A DNA stretch of 64,000 nucleotides from an uncultured Verrucomicrobiae bacterium. Its GTDB lineage: Bacteria; Verrucomicrobiota; Verrucomicrobiia; Chthoniobacterales; UBA10450. Below, piece after piece: positions 19,319 to 29,235 of this stretch. The position numbers and the translations under genes are program-made. A model generated the notes under the pieces. That model saw only the letters and a list, made by a program, of their open reading frames with translations, ran no database searches and was not told where the DNA came from. The stretch is taken from the NCBI GenBank assembly GCA_963726745.1, contig CAVSDR010000006.1, positions 352,001 to 416,000 on the forward strand, written 5' to 3'. The number at the start of each line of letters is the position of its first letter. The first letter of the stretch is position 1.

Positions 19319-21343
19319 GTGGAGATCCCGATCAACAAAGAGGCCGTTCTGCCGGAGGAGATCGTGCCCGAGACGCCTGCCGAGTCTCCGCACGCGCCCG
19401 AGGTTCCGCCGGAATTAGTCGGCGAGATGGAGCGCGCGATTGCCCGCTACCCGGCCGATCGCATCCGCAGCGCTTCCATGCCGTTGCTGCACCTCTGGCA
19501 GGAACACTTCGGCTACATCAGCGATGAAGGCGTTGTCTGGATCGCGGCCAAGCTCGGCCTCCAGCCGATCAACATTCTCGAGTTGGTCACCTTTTACCCG
19601 ATGTATCGCCAGCATCCCGCAGGCCGGAAACATCTCCGCGTTTGCCGCACGCTCAGTTGCGCCATGGCCGGAAGCTACGAGCTCCGTGAACAGCTCGCGG
19701 CGCAATGCGGGATCGACCTGAATCACCGCGACACCGGAATGCACAACCCAGTCGCGGTCAGTGCGGACGGTGAATACAGCATCGAATTTGTCGAATGCCT
19801 TGCGAGCTGCGGGACCGCCCCGGTCTGCATGGTCGACGACGCGCTGCACGAGAACGTCCGCCCGGAGGTGGCGGCGACGCTGCTCCAGCAGCCGGGCGAC
19901 TTGCAGCATCAAGCCGCGCCGCATCCGCTCGAGCGCCGGCTCATTTTCCGAAACATCGGCCGCGAAGGCTACGGCACCGATCTCGATTCTTACGTGCGCC
20001 AAGGCGGCTACGAGCAGTTGAAAAAAGCCATCACGATGTCGCGCACGGAGATCGTCAACGAGGTGAAAACCTCCGGCCTGCGTGGCCGTGGCGGCGCGGG
20101 GTTTCCTTGCGGCGTGAAGTGGGGCTTCATCAAGCCGGACGAACAGAAGCCGGTCTACCTGATCTGCAACGCCGACGAGTCCGAGCCGGGCACTTTCAAG
20201 GATCGCTATATCATCCATCAGGATCCGCATCAGCTGATCGAAGGGATGCTGATCTCGGCTTTCGCGCTCAATGCGCGCACCGCTTACATCTACATTCGCG
20301 GCGAGTTTCCGGAAGGTGCGCGCATCCTGGAAAACGCGATCGAGGAAGCGCGGGCGCAGAATTTTTTAGGCAGCAATATCCTCGGCACCGGTTTTGACTG
20401 CGAGATCTACGTCCACCGCGGCGCGGGCGCTTACATCTGCGGCGAGGAGACCGGCCTGATCGAGTCGCTCGAAGGCAAGCGCGCCTACCCGCGGATCAAG
20501 CCGCCCTATTTCCCCGCAGTCCTCGGCCTCTACATGTGCCCGACGATCGTGAACAACGTAGAGACGCTCTGCCACGTGAAGCACATCATTGAGCTCGGCG
20601 GCGCGGAATACGCTCGGCTTGGTCGTCCAAATAACACCGGCACGCGCATCCTTTGCGTCAGCGGCGACGTCCAGCGTCCCGGCTACTACGAGGTCGAAGT
20701 CGGCTCCGTGACCATGGGCCAGCTGCTTTTCGACATGGCTGGCGGGCCGCGTTACGGGCGCAATTTTAAAGCGGTCATTCCCGGTGGCAGCTCCGCGAAA
20801 GTGCTGCGCGCAGACGACGTTTTCAAAATCAAGGATGCGGAGATGTCGCTCTTCGATTTGCCGATGGATTTCGACTCGTTGGCCGCGGCCGGCTCGATGG
20901 CCGGCTCCGGCGGCGTGATCGTGCTGGATGATTCCCGCGACATGGTCTGGACGTTGAACAACATCAACGAATTCTACGCGCACGAGAGCTGCGGCCAGTG
21001 CACCCCATGCCGTGAAGGTTCGCTTTGGATGAAGAAGATCACCGACCGCATGCTCCTGGGCGGCGGCGTGATTGAGGACCCGCGCACGCTCAAGACCGTA
21101 GCCGACAACATCGCCGGCCGGACGATCTGCGCCTTTGGCGAAGCCTGCGCCTGGCCAACGCAAAGCTTCACCGAAAAATTTGCCGACGAGTTCACCGCCA
21201 AGGCCACGGCCGCGCTTCCGCCCCCGCTCCCACCCGAGCTCACGCCCGGCGAATTGATCCAGGAACAAGGCGCGCAAATCGAAACCGTCGCCATGGCCCA
21301 CGACCCCGGCTGGGACCGCGCCGGCGCGAAAGGGACGGTCTAG
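19319..21343 (+). CDS. nuoEF: Fused NADH-quinone oxidoreductase subunits E and F
   Basis: NuoE part (VTFYPMY, CRTLSC, ECLASCGTAP) in frame with NuoF part (GRGGAGFP, NADESEPGTFKDR, YICGEET, HESCGQCTPCREG); start GTG 19319 or TTG 19295. Confidence 0.92.
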   Translation: MEIPINKEAVLPEEIVPETPAESPHAPEVPPELVGEMERAIARYPADRIRSASMPLLHLWQEHFGYISDEGVVWIAAKLGLQPINILELVTFYPMYRQHPAGRKHLRVCRTLSCAMAGSYELREQLAAQCGIDLNHRDTGMHNPVAVSADGEYSIEFVECLASCGTAPVCMVDDALHENVRPEVAATLLQQPGDLQHQAAPHPLERRLIFRNIGREGYGTDLDSYVRQGGYEQLKKAITMSRTEIVNEVKTSGLRGRGGAGFPCGVKWGFIKPDEQKPVYLICNADESEPGTFKDRYIIHQDPHQLIEGMLISAFALNARTAYIYIRGEFPEGARILENAIEEARAQNFLGSNILGTGFDCEIYVHRGAGAYICGEETGLIESLEGKRAYPRIKPPYFPAVLGLYMCPTIVNNVETLCHVKHIIELGGAEYARLGRPNNTGTRILCVSGDVQRPGYYEVEVGSVTMGQLLFDMAGGPRYGRNFKAVIPGGSSAKVLRADDVFKIKDAEMSLFDLPMDFDSLAAAGSMAGSGGVIVLDDSRDMVWTLNNINEFYAHESCGQCTPCREGSLWMKKITDRMLLGGGVIEDPRTLKTVADNIAGRTICAFGEACAWPTQSFTEKFADEFTAKATAALPPPLPPELTPGELIQEQGAQIETVAMAHDPGWDRAGAKGTV

Positions 21344-21344
21344 G

Positions 21345-21773
21345 ATGAATCAGGAAAGCAGGAAACTAGGAAAAGAATTGCCGGAGCGCGATGTCACTCA
21401 TCGCATCATCGGTGCGGCGATAAAGGTCCATCGCGCCTTGGGTCCTGGCTTTCTGGAGTCAGTCTACGAGGAGGCGCTCGCGGTCGAGTTTGCTTTATCC
21501 GGGATTCAGTTCATTCGGCAAAAGCCAATCGCGCTCTTCTATGCAGACCATCAGATTGGCGAACATCGCCTGGATTTCTTGGTCGAGGGGCGAATCGTGG
21601 TCGAACTCAAGGCCATTCGCGCGCTGGAAGACATCCATTTCGCCATCGGCCGCAGCTATCTGAAAGCGACCAACCTTCAGGATGGCCTGCTCTTAAACTT
21701 TGCTACCGCGCCCCTGACAATTAAGCGTTTCTGCCGCGAAGCAGCACCCGAATCGGCAGAGTTGCGCCCTTAA
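21345..21773 (+). CDS. GxxExxY protein (PD-(D/E)XK nuclease-like family)
   Basis: IIGAAIKVHRALGPGFLESVYEEAL, RLDFLVE, VVELKA, GLLLNF. Confidence 0.92.
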   Translation: MNQESRKLGKELPERDVTHRIIGAAIKVHRALGPGFLESVYEEALAVEFALSGIQFIRQKPIALFYADHQIGEHRLDFLVEGRIVVELKAIRALEDIHFAIGRSYLKATNLQDGLLLNFATAPLTIKRFCREAAPESAELRP

Positions 21774-21801
21774 TTTCCTGTTTTCCTGCTTTCCCGATTC
21801 A
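21346..21801. repeat. 28-bp inverted repeat bracketing the GxxExxY gene (arms 21346-21373 and 21774-21801)
   Basis: Left TGAATCAGGAAAGCAGGAAACTAGGAAA; reverse complement of right TGAATCGGGAAAGCAGGAAAACAGGAAA; 25/28 identical. Confidence 0.88.
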
Positions 21802-21803
21802 CC

Positions 21804-23478
21804 ATGCCCGATCCCGCTCCAGTGCAGATGGTCAACGTCCAGGTCGATGGCGTCTGGAAGCAGTTCCCCAAGGGCACGCGGCTGATCGAAGCGTGCGAGC
21901 AGGCCGGCAGCTACGTCCCGCGCTATTGCTATCACAAGAACCTGAGCTCGCCGGGTAATTGCCGGATGTGCCTGATCGAAATGGGCATGCCGAAGATGGG
22001 TCCCGATCGCCAACCGGTCCTGGGCGAAGATGGCCGGCCGGAGATCAATTGGATGCCGCGCCCGCAAATTTCCTGCGCGCAGGATGTGGCCGAGGGGATG
22101 GGCGTGCGCACGACCTCGCCGATGGTGGAAGAATGCCGCCGCGGGGTGATGGAATTTCTCCTGATCAATCACCCGCTCGATTGCCCGATCTGCGACCAGG
22201 CGGGCGAGTGCCGCTTGCAGGAATTCAGCGTCGAATACGGCAACGCCTCCTCGCGTTTCCTCGAGAACAAGGTCAAGAAGCCGAAGAACGTCGAGCTCGG
22301 GCCGCGGGTCACGCTCGATGACGAGCGCTGCATCCTCTGTTCGCGCTGCATCCGTTTTTGCCAGGAAGTCGCGCAGGACGACGTCCTCGGCTTCATCGAT
22401 CGCGGGAGCCACAGCGTGCTCACAGCGCATCCGGGGAAGAAGCTGGAGAATAACTACTCGCTGAACACGGTCGACATCTGCCCGGTGGGCGCGCTCACCT
22501 CCTCCGATTTCCGGTTCAAGATGCGCGTCTGGTTTCTCAAGGAGACCAAGAGCTTTTGCACCAGCTGCGCGACCGGCTGCAACACCGTCATCGGCACGCG
22601 CGAGAATGTCGTCTATCGCCAGACGCCGCGGGAGAACGACGCGGTCAACAAGACCTGGATGTGCGACTACGGGCGGCTCAACTTCGACTACCTGCACTCC
22701 GGCGCGCGCCTGCTTGAACCGAAGATTTTCGACGGCACCAAGCTCATCCCGGCGAACTGGCAGACCACGATCACGCATGCGGTCGCGCAGTTGAAACACT
22801 TCGCGGCGCACGAGATCGCGATCGTCGCCTCCGCGCGCATGACCAACGAGGAAATGTGGCTGACCGCGCGCCTGGCGAAGATTCTCGGCACGCAGCTCCT
22901 CGAGGTGGTCCCGCACACCGGCCCGGGCGACGACATTCTCCTGAGCAGCGATCGCAACCCGAACACGAACGGCGCCCGCCTCCTCGGCCTGACGCGCGAG
23001 CCGGGTGCGCTCCTCCCGCAGATCGCGCAAGGCGGTCGCCACCGGCCAGGTGAAGGCGCTGGTGGTCCTGCAGGAGAATCCGCTCGAGATCGGGATCACG
23101 CCGGAACAACTCTCCAACCTGCCGGCCTTCATCCTCCTGAACTTGCTGGCTAACGAGTCAACCAACTGCGCGACCGCGCTCCTGCCTTCGGCCGGATTCG
23201 CCGAGAAGCGCGGCTCGATGATCAATCGCACCGGCCGCCTCCAGCGGCTCAATCGCGCGATTCTCCCGCCGGGCGAAGCGCGCGACGACTGGGAGATTTT
23301 GCGCGACCTGATCCAGGAGTATTCCGGGCAGAACGGCATCTACACGATCGAGGAAGTCTTCGCGCAAATCGCGCAATCGGTCCCGGAATTCCAGGGACTG
23401 AACCTTGGGAAGATCGGCGACCTCGGCACGCAATTGCTCCAGGTCGCGGAGGAACAGCGGGAGCCCTCGATCGTTTAA
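21804..23478 (+). CDS. nuoG: NADH-quinone oxidoreductase subunit G (short form); frameshift near 23030
   Basis: PRYCYH, GNCRMCL, NHPLDCPICDQAGECRLQ, RCILCSRCIRF, DICPVGAL; C-terminus (LPSAGFAEKRGS..N..GRLQR) in the 23005..23478 frame. Confidence 0.92.
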
Positions 23479-23481
23479 GCG

Positions 23482-24590
23482 ATGCCCTGGTTCCTCATCT
23501 TCACTTCGCTGGCCAAGATCATCGGCGTGATCTTTTTGATCATCCTCCCGATGGTCTCCTACACGGTCTACGCCGAGCGGCGGGTGAGCGCGCTCATCCA
23601 GGATCGCGTGGGCCCGAACCGCGTCGGTCCCGTCCGGTCTCTTCCAGCCGATCGCCGACGCGATGAAGTTCATGCTCAAGGAGGACTTCACGCCCGGCGC
23701 ACGTGAACACCTTCTACTACTGGCTCGCGCCCTGCCTGGCGATGGTGCCGGCGATCGCGACCATCGCGGTGGTCCCGTTTGGCAGCACTTTGTTCGGCGT
23801 GCCGATGGTCATCGCGGACATCAACGTCGGCGTGCTCTACGTCTTCGCGATTGCCTCGTTAGGCGTCTACGGGATCGTGATCGCCGGCTGGTCCTCGAAC
23901 TCAAAGTTCCCTTTCCTCGGCGGTGTCCGCTCGACTTCGCAGATGATCTCCTACGAGCTCTCGCTCGGGCTTGCGGTCATCCCGATTTTTCTGCTCGTGG
24001 GCCAGCTCCGGCTGACCGAGATCGTGCAATACCAGATCAACCATGGCTGGATGATCGCGCCTTTCATCGGCGATTGGGGAAACCTCACGAAATGGCTCCT
24101 GGCCATCCCGATGTTTATTTCCTTCTGGGTCTTCACGATCGCGATCTTCGCGGAAACGAACCGCCTCCCGTTCGATCTCCCGGAAGCGGAGACCGAGCTC
24201 GTCGGCGGCTATCACACGGAATACGGCTCGATGAAGTTCGCCCTCTTTTTCCTGGGCGAATACGCCGCCATGATCACCGGTTCGGCGATCATCGTGACGC
24301 TTTTCCTGGGCGGCTGGCACCTCCCGATTCCCTCGTGGGACGGCGGCTTTCACTGGACCTACATCACTGGCAACGCCGAGGGCTGGCGCGGAATTTTAGG
24401 CGGCCTTTTCAACATCGCGACCTTCTTCGGCAAAGTCGCGGCCTTGCTCGTGGTCTTCATCTGGGTGCGCTGGACGCTGCCGCGTTTCCGTTATGATCAG
24501 CTCATGCGGCTGGGCTGGATTTTCTTTTTCGAGATCGCGCTCGTAAACATCTTCATCGCCGCGCTCATCATCGCTTACCTGCCGCAATAA
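23482..24590 (+). CDS. nuoH: NADH-quinone oxidoreductase subunit H; frameshifts near 23633 and 23696
   Basis: ERRVSALIQDRVGPNRVGP / GLFQPIADAMKFMLKED / AETNRLPFDLPEAE, PRFRYDQLM spread over three frames. Confidence 0.93.
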
Positions 24591-24591
24591 A

Positions 24592-25122
24592 ATGGCTCTT
24601 ACCGTCCGCCGCCCAAACCTGAACTGGAAGGAGCGCCTGTATCTCCCGGCGATCGCCAGCGGCATGGCCATCACCTTGAAGCACGTCAAGAACATGGTCC
24701 TCGGCCGGACCAAGGTGACGATGCAATACCCTGAGGAGAAGTGGGACAGCCAGCTGCCCGACCACTACCGCGGCGCGCCCGCGCTGGTGCGCGACGTCGC
24801 CGGACGAATCCGCTGCGTGGCCTGCCAGCTCTGCGAGTTCATCTGCCCGCCGCGCGCGATCAAAATCATTCCGGGCGAGCTCCCGGGCGACGACAAATTC
24901 GCCAAGGTCGAGAAATACCCCAACGAGTTCGATATCGACATGATCCGCTGCATCTACTGCGGCATGTGCGAGGAAGTTTGCCCCGAGCAGGCCATCTTCC
25001 TGCGGAAGGATTACGCGATCACCGGTTTCACCCGGGCGGAGATGGTGCACGACAAGGAGAAGCTCCTCGAGATCGGCGGCGTGATGCACGGCGTGGTCTT
25101 GAAGTGGAACGAGAAGAAGTGA
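24592..25122 (+). CDS. nuoI: NADH-quinone oxidoreductase subunit I
   Basis: Two CxxCxxCxxxCP motifs; TMQYPEE. Confidence 0.95.
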   Translation: MALTVRRPNLNWKERLYLPAIASGMAITLKHVKNMVLGRTKVTMQYPEEKWDSQLPDHYRGAPALVRDVAGRIRCVACQLCEFICPPRAIKIIPGELPGDDKFAKVEKYPNEFDIDMIRCIYCGMCEEVCPEQAIFLRKDYAITGFTRAEMVHDKEKLLEIGGVMHGVVLKWNEKK

Positions 25123-25625
25123 TGCCTCCCCTGCTCTTCTGGGCCTTCGCGGCTCTCATGCTCGTCTTCGGCGCGGCGGTCGTGATCAACCGCAATCCCG
25201 TGGCCAGCGCGATGAGCCTGGTGGTTTCCTTCCTCGGTCTCTCGGCGCTCTTCATGGGGCTCGACGCCTTCTTCATCGGCGTCATCCAGGTCCTGGTCTA
25301 CGCCGGCGCCGTCATGGTGCTGTTTCTTTTCATCATCATGCTGCTCGACCTGCGGGCGGAAGAACGGCGCAAGATCAACGCGGTCACGTTCGCCGGCGGG
25401 ATTGCCGTTGCGCTTGCCTTCCTCGTGCAAGTTCTCCTCGTCATCAGTCATCTCCGCGGCGCCGGCCAGCCTTTCCCGGCGGTTGCCGTTGGCGGCGCGG
25501 ATGACGTCCGCCAGGTCGGCTTGCTGCTCTTCAGCCAATACAACCTGCCGTTTCAGATCATCGGCGTGCTCGTCCTCGTGGCGACCATCGGCGTGATCGT
25601 CCTGAGCAAGCGCGAGCTCCGCTAA
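25122..25625 (+). CDS. nuoJ: NADH-quinone oxidoreductase subunit J
   Basis: RNPVASA, QVLVYAGAVMVLFLFIIMLL; ATG overlaps the nuoI stop. Confidence 0.94.
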   Translation: MPPLLFWAFAALMLVFGAAVVINRNPVASAMSLVVSFLGLSALFMGLDAFFIGVIQVLVYAGAVMVLFLFIIMLLDLRAEERRKINAVTFAGGIAVALAFLVQVLLVISHLRGAGQPFPAVAVGGADDVRQVGLLLFSQYNLPFQIIGVLVLVATIGVIVLSKRELR

Positions 25626-25628
25626 CCC

Positions 25629-25949
25629 ATGGTCACGCTCGGACAATATCTCGCGGTCAGCGGCCTGCTCTTCACGATCGGTTTTGCCGGCGTCCTTCTG
25701 CGCCGGAACATCATCATCATCTTCATGTCGCTCGAGTTGATGCTGAACGCGGCCAACCTCTCGCTCGTGGCTTTCTCCCGCTTCCGGGTCACGCCCGAGG
25801 GCATCCCGAATTACCACGCGCAGGTCTTCGTCTTCTTCATCATCACCGTCGCCGCCGCGGAAGTGGCGGTCGGCCTGGCGATCATCGTGGCGCTTTATCG
25901 CGCCCGGCAAACGACGCACGTCGAGGACATCAACAGCCTGAAATTTTAG
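25629..25949 (+). CDS. nuoK: NADH-quinone oxidoreductase subunit K
   Basis: [29 protein letters not shown]. Confidence 0.95.
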   Translation: MVTLGQYLAVSGLLFTIGFAGVLLRRNIIIIFMSLELMLNAANLSLVAFSRFRVTPEGIPNYHAQVFVFFIITVAAAEVAVGLAIIVALYRARQTTHVEDINSLKF

Positions 25950-25957
25950 CCGACAAG

Positions 25958-27757
25958 ATGTCTAGCGTCCTTCCCTGGTATGTCCTCCTCCTGCCGCTGG
26001 TTTCCGCGGCGGTCATCGTCCTGCTGACGCGCCGCTCGGCCGGGATCAGCGCCTTTGTTTCCGTGGGCGCGGCCGTGATTGGCTTTGCCTGCAGCATTTT
26101 CATCTTCCTCAGCCCGCAGATCTCCACGGTGGAGTTTGATTGGATCCAGCTCCCGCCTCACCTGCACATCCCCCTCGGCCTCGTCCTCGACGGCCTGAGC
26201 AAGACCATGCTCGTGCTCGTGACCGGCGTGGGCGCGCTCATCCACATCTACTCGTTAGGCTACATGCAGGGCGAGCCCGGGAAGGCGCGCTTCTTCGCTT
26301 CGCTCTCGCTCTTCATGTTCGCCATGCTCGGGATCGTCCTGGCGAACAATTTCGTGATGATGTTCATCTTCTGGGAGCTGGTCGGCGTCAGCTCCTACCT
26401 GCTCATCGGCCACTGGTTCGATCGCGCGAGCGCGGCCGCCGCGGCCAACAAAGCTTTCCTGACCAATCGCATCGGCGACTTCGGCTTCATGCTCGGCATT
26501 CTCATGCTTTGGAGCGCCACCGGCACGGTCGTCTTCGGGGAATTAGCCAGCAAGATGGGCAGCCTAACGACTCATCCCGGCTTTGTCACCGCGGCCGCGC
26601 TCCTGATCTTTTGCGGCGCCGCCGGCAAGTCCGCGCAGTTCCCGCTGCACGTTTGGTTGCCCGACGCGATGGAAGGCCCGACGCCGATCTCCGCCTTGAT
26701 CCACGCGGCCACGATGGTCGCGGCCGGCGTCTACATGCTCGTGCGGGTGAGCTTCCTCATCGAGGCCTCGGCGCAGGCGCTGCAGGTGATCGCCTGGATC
26801 GGGACGATCACCGCGGTCATGGCCGCGCTCATCGCCACCCAGCAGAACGACATCAAGCGCATCCTGGCTTACTCCACCCTTTCGCAGCTGGGCTACATGG
26901 TCATGGCCGTGGGCCTGGCTTCCGGCGAGGCCGCGATGTTCCACCTTTTCACCCACGCCTTCTTCAAGGCGCTCCTCTTCCTCGGCGCCGGCTCGATCAT
27001 CATCATGCTCCATCATGAGCAGGACATTTGGAAAATGGGCGGCCTGGCCGGGAAGTTGAAGGTCACTTTTGGCACCTTCCTCATCGGCACGCTCGCGCTT
27101 ATCGGCTGCCCGCCCTTCAGCGGCTTCTTCAGTAAGGACGCGATCCTCGCGCTGGCCTACGAGAAGAACTCCGCGATCTTCGCGCTCGCGCTTTTCACCG
27201 CCTTCCTGACTGCCTTCTACATGCTCCGGCTGGTCTTGGTGGTCTTCTTCGGGAAGCCGCGGAGCGATGCGGCGCATCACGGCAAGGAATCGCCGCTGGT
27301 CATGTCCGGCGTGCTCATCTTGCTGGCTATTCCCGCGGCGCTCGCCGGCTTCGGCTTCTTCGCCCAGCAATTCCTCCCCACGCCGCAGCACGCGGAAGGA
27401 GGCAGCGAGATCGTCCCGATGCTCGCGATCGGCGCGATGCTCCTCGGCGTGGTCCTCGCCTTCGTGCTCTACCGCAATCGCGAGCGCGACCCAATCAACA
27501 TCCCGGCGTTCCGCGATCGCCTCTATTTTGATGAGCTCTACGCGATCCTAATCAAATCCACCCAAGGTCTGCTCGCGACGGTCTTCGCGTTCTTCGATCG
27601 CTGGATCCTCGACGGCGGCGCGGTCCGCGGCGCCAGCTCGGCCACTTTCGGGTTCGGCTCCCTCCTGCGCCTGCTGCAGGTGGGAAACCTCCAGGCCTAC
27701 GCCTTTTTCTTCGGGCTCGGGATTATCGGGCTGATCTACTTCGCTGTTTTCCGATGA
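25958..27757 (+). CDS. nuoL: NADH-quinone oxidoreductase subunit L
   Basis: GKSAQFPLHVWLPDAMEGPTP, AYSTLSQLGYM, THAFFKALLFL. Confidence 0.96.
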   Translation: MSSVLPWYVLLLPLVSAAVIVLLTRRSAGISAFVSVGAAVIGFACSIFIFLSPQISTVEFDWIQLPPHLHIPLGLVLDGLSKTMLVLVTGVGALIHIYSLGYMQGEPGKARFFASLSLFMFAMLGIVLANNFVMMFIFWELVGVSSYLLIGHWFDRASAAAAANKAFLTNRIGDFGFMLGILMLWSATGTVVFGELASKMGSLTTHPGFVTAAALLIFCGAAGKSAQFPLHVWLPDAMEGPTPISALIHAATMVAAGVYMLVRVSFLIEASAQALQVIAWIGTITAVMAALIATQQNDIKRILAYSTLSQLGYMVMAVGLASGEAAMFHLFTHAFFKALLFLGAGSIIIMLHHEQDIWKMGGLAGKLKVTFGTFLIGTLALIGCPPFSGFFSKDAILALAYEKNSAIFALALFTAFLTAFYMLRLVLVVFFGKPRSDAAHHGKESPLVMSGVLILLAIPAALAGFGFFAQQFLPTPQHAEGGSEIVPMLAIGAMLLGVVLAFVLYRNRERDPINIPAFRDRLYFDELYAILIKSTQGLLATVFAFFDRWILDGGAVRGASSATFGFGSLLRLLQVGNLQAYAFFFGLGIIGLIYFAVFR

Positions 27758-29235
27758 TCGTTCTTTTCCTGGTCTTCTGCCCGCTGATTGCGGCCGCGCT
27801 CATTCTTCTGGGAACGCCCGCCCGCGCGACGGCGCTCTACGCCGCGGGCTTGTCGCTCCTGGCTGCGCTCATGGCTTACGCGGGGTTCGAGCGCAGTGGC
27901 GGATTCCAATACGTCACCAGCTTTCCTTTAAGCGCAGAATGGAAGCTCAACTTCGCGCTCGGGCTCGATGGCTTGAGCCTGGTGATGGTTCTCCTGACCG
28001 CGCTGGTCACGCTCGCGGCGGTCTGGTTCACCAACAAAGTTTCGCAGCACGAGCCGGCCTTCTACGCCTGTGTCTTGTTGATCTCCGCGGGCTGCGTCGG
28101 CGCCTTCGCGTCGCTCGACCTCTTTTTCTTCTACGCCTTCCACGAGCTCGCGCTCATCCCGACCTTTTTGCTGATCGGCATCTGGGGGAGCGGCAATCGC
28201 TCCGCGGCTGCGTGGAAGATCACGATCTATCTCGCAACCGGGAGTTTCATTTTGCTGGTTGGTTTGATCATGCTCTACCGCAGCCTGCCGGAAGGGTTGC
28301 GCACTTTTGACCTGCGCCTGCTGCAGAGCCCGGCCTACGCCGCGCAGATTCCCGCGGCCGCGCAGGGTCACATCTACCTCGTTCTCCTGCTCGGGTTTGG
28401 AATCTTGATCTCGCTCTTTCCGTTCCACACCTGGGCGCCGGAAGCTTACGCCTCCGCGCCTGCCCCGGCGGCGATGCTGCACGCGGGCGTCTTGAAAAAA
28501 TTCGGCCTTTACGGCTTGCTCCGGATCGCGCTCCCGATGCTCCCGGAAGGGGCCAAACAGTGGGCCTGGCTGCTGATCTTCCTCTTGTTAGGCAACATCA
28601 TCTACGTGGGCCTGGTCACGATCGCGCAGAAGCGGCTCGATTGGATGCTGGGCTACTCGAGCGTGATGCACATGGGCTACATCTTCCTCGGGATCGCGAG
28701 CGGCAATCTCCTCGGCACGAGCGGCGCCGCGCTCCTGATGTTTGCCCACGGGCTTTCGATCGCGCTCCTCTTCGCGGTCGCGGGGCAATTGCGCGAGCGC
28801 ACCGGCAGCCTCTTCATGGATGAACTCGGCGGCCTCGCCAAGGTGATGCCGTTTAGCGCCTTCGTCTTTGGCTTGGGCGCGTTTGCTTCCATCGGGCTGC
28901 CCGGCTTTGCCAATTTCAGCGGCGAAGTGATGATCTTTTTCGGCGCCTTCGCGCGCGGGGCGGATCTCGGCGGCTTCCACCTTTACCAAGTCGCGACGGT
29001 GCTCGCACTTTGGGGCGTGGTCATCTCCGCGGTTTACATGCTGCGCGCTTACCGTGCGGTTTTCATGGGGCCGCTGCCAGAACGCTGGCTCGCGCTGACC
29101 GACATGCGCCAGGTCTTGCGCCTGCCGCTGGCCCTGCTGGTGGCGGCGCTGCTCTGGCTCGGGTTCTTCCCGCAGACTTTCGTCCGCGTGCTCACCCCGA
29201 CGTTTAAACCTCTCTTTTCCCAGCCTGCCCGATGA
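27754..29235 (+). CDS. nuoM: NADH-quinone oxidoreductase subunit M
   Basis: LGLDGLS, FPFHTWAP, YSSVMHMG, GLPGFANFSGE. Confidence 0.95.
   Translation: MIVLFLVFCPLIAAALILLGTPARATALYAAGLSLLAALMAYAGFERSGGFQYVTSFPLSAEWKLNFALGLDGLSLVMVLLTALVTLAAVWFTNKVSQHEPAFYACVLLISAGCVGAFASLDLFFFYAFHELALIPTFLLIGIWGSGNRSAAAWKITIYLATGSFILLVGLIMLYRSLPEGLRTFDLRLLQSPAYAAQIPAAAQGHIYLVLLLGFGILISLFPFHTWAPEAYASAPAPAAMLHAGVLKKFGLYGLLRIALPMLPEGAKQWAWLLIFLLLGNIIYVGLVTIAQKRLDWMLGYSSVMHMGYIFLGIASGNLLGTSGAALLMFAHGLSIALLFAVAGQLRERTGSLFMDELGGLAKVMPFSAFVFGLGAFASIGLPGFANFSGEVMIFFGAFARGADLGGFHLYQVATVLALWGVVISAVYMLRAYRAVFMGPLPERWLALTDMRQVLRLPLALLVAALLWLGFFPQTFVRVLTPTFKPLFSQPAR

Noticed and set aside
21345..21801. Classical insertion sequence
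   Set aside because: No DDE, HUH or recombinase transposase and no evident target-site duplication; kept instead as an atypical inverted-repeat-bounded element.
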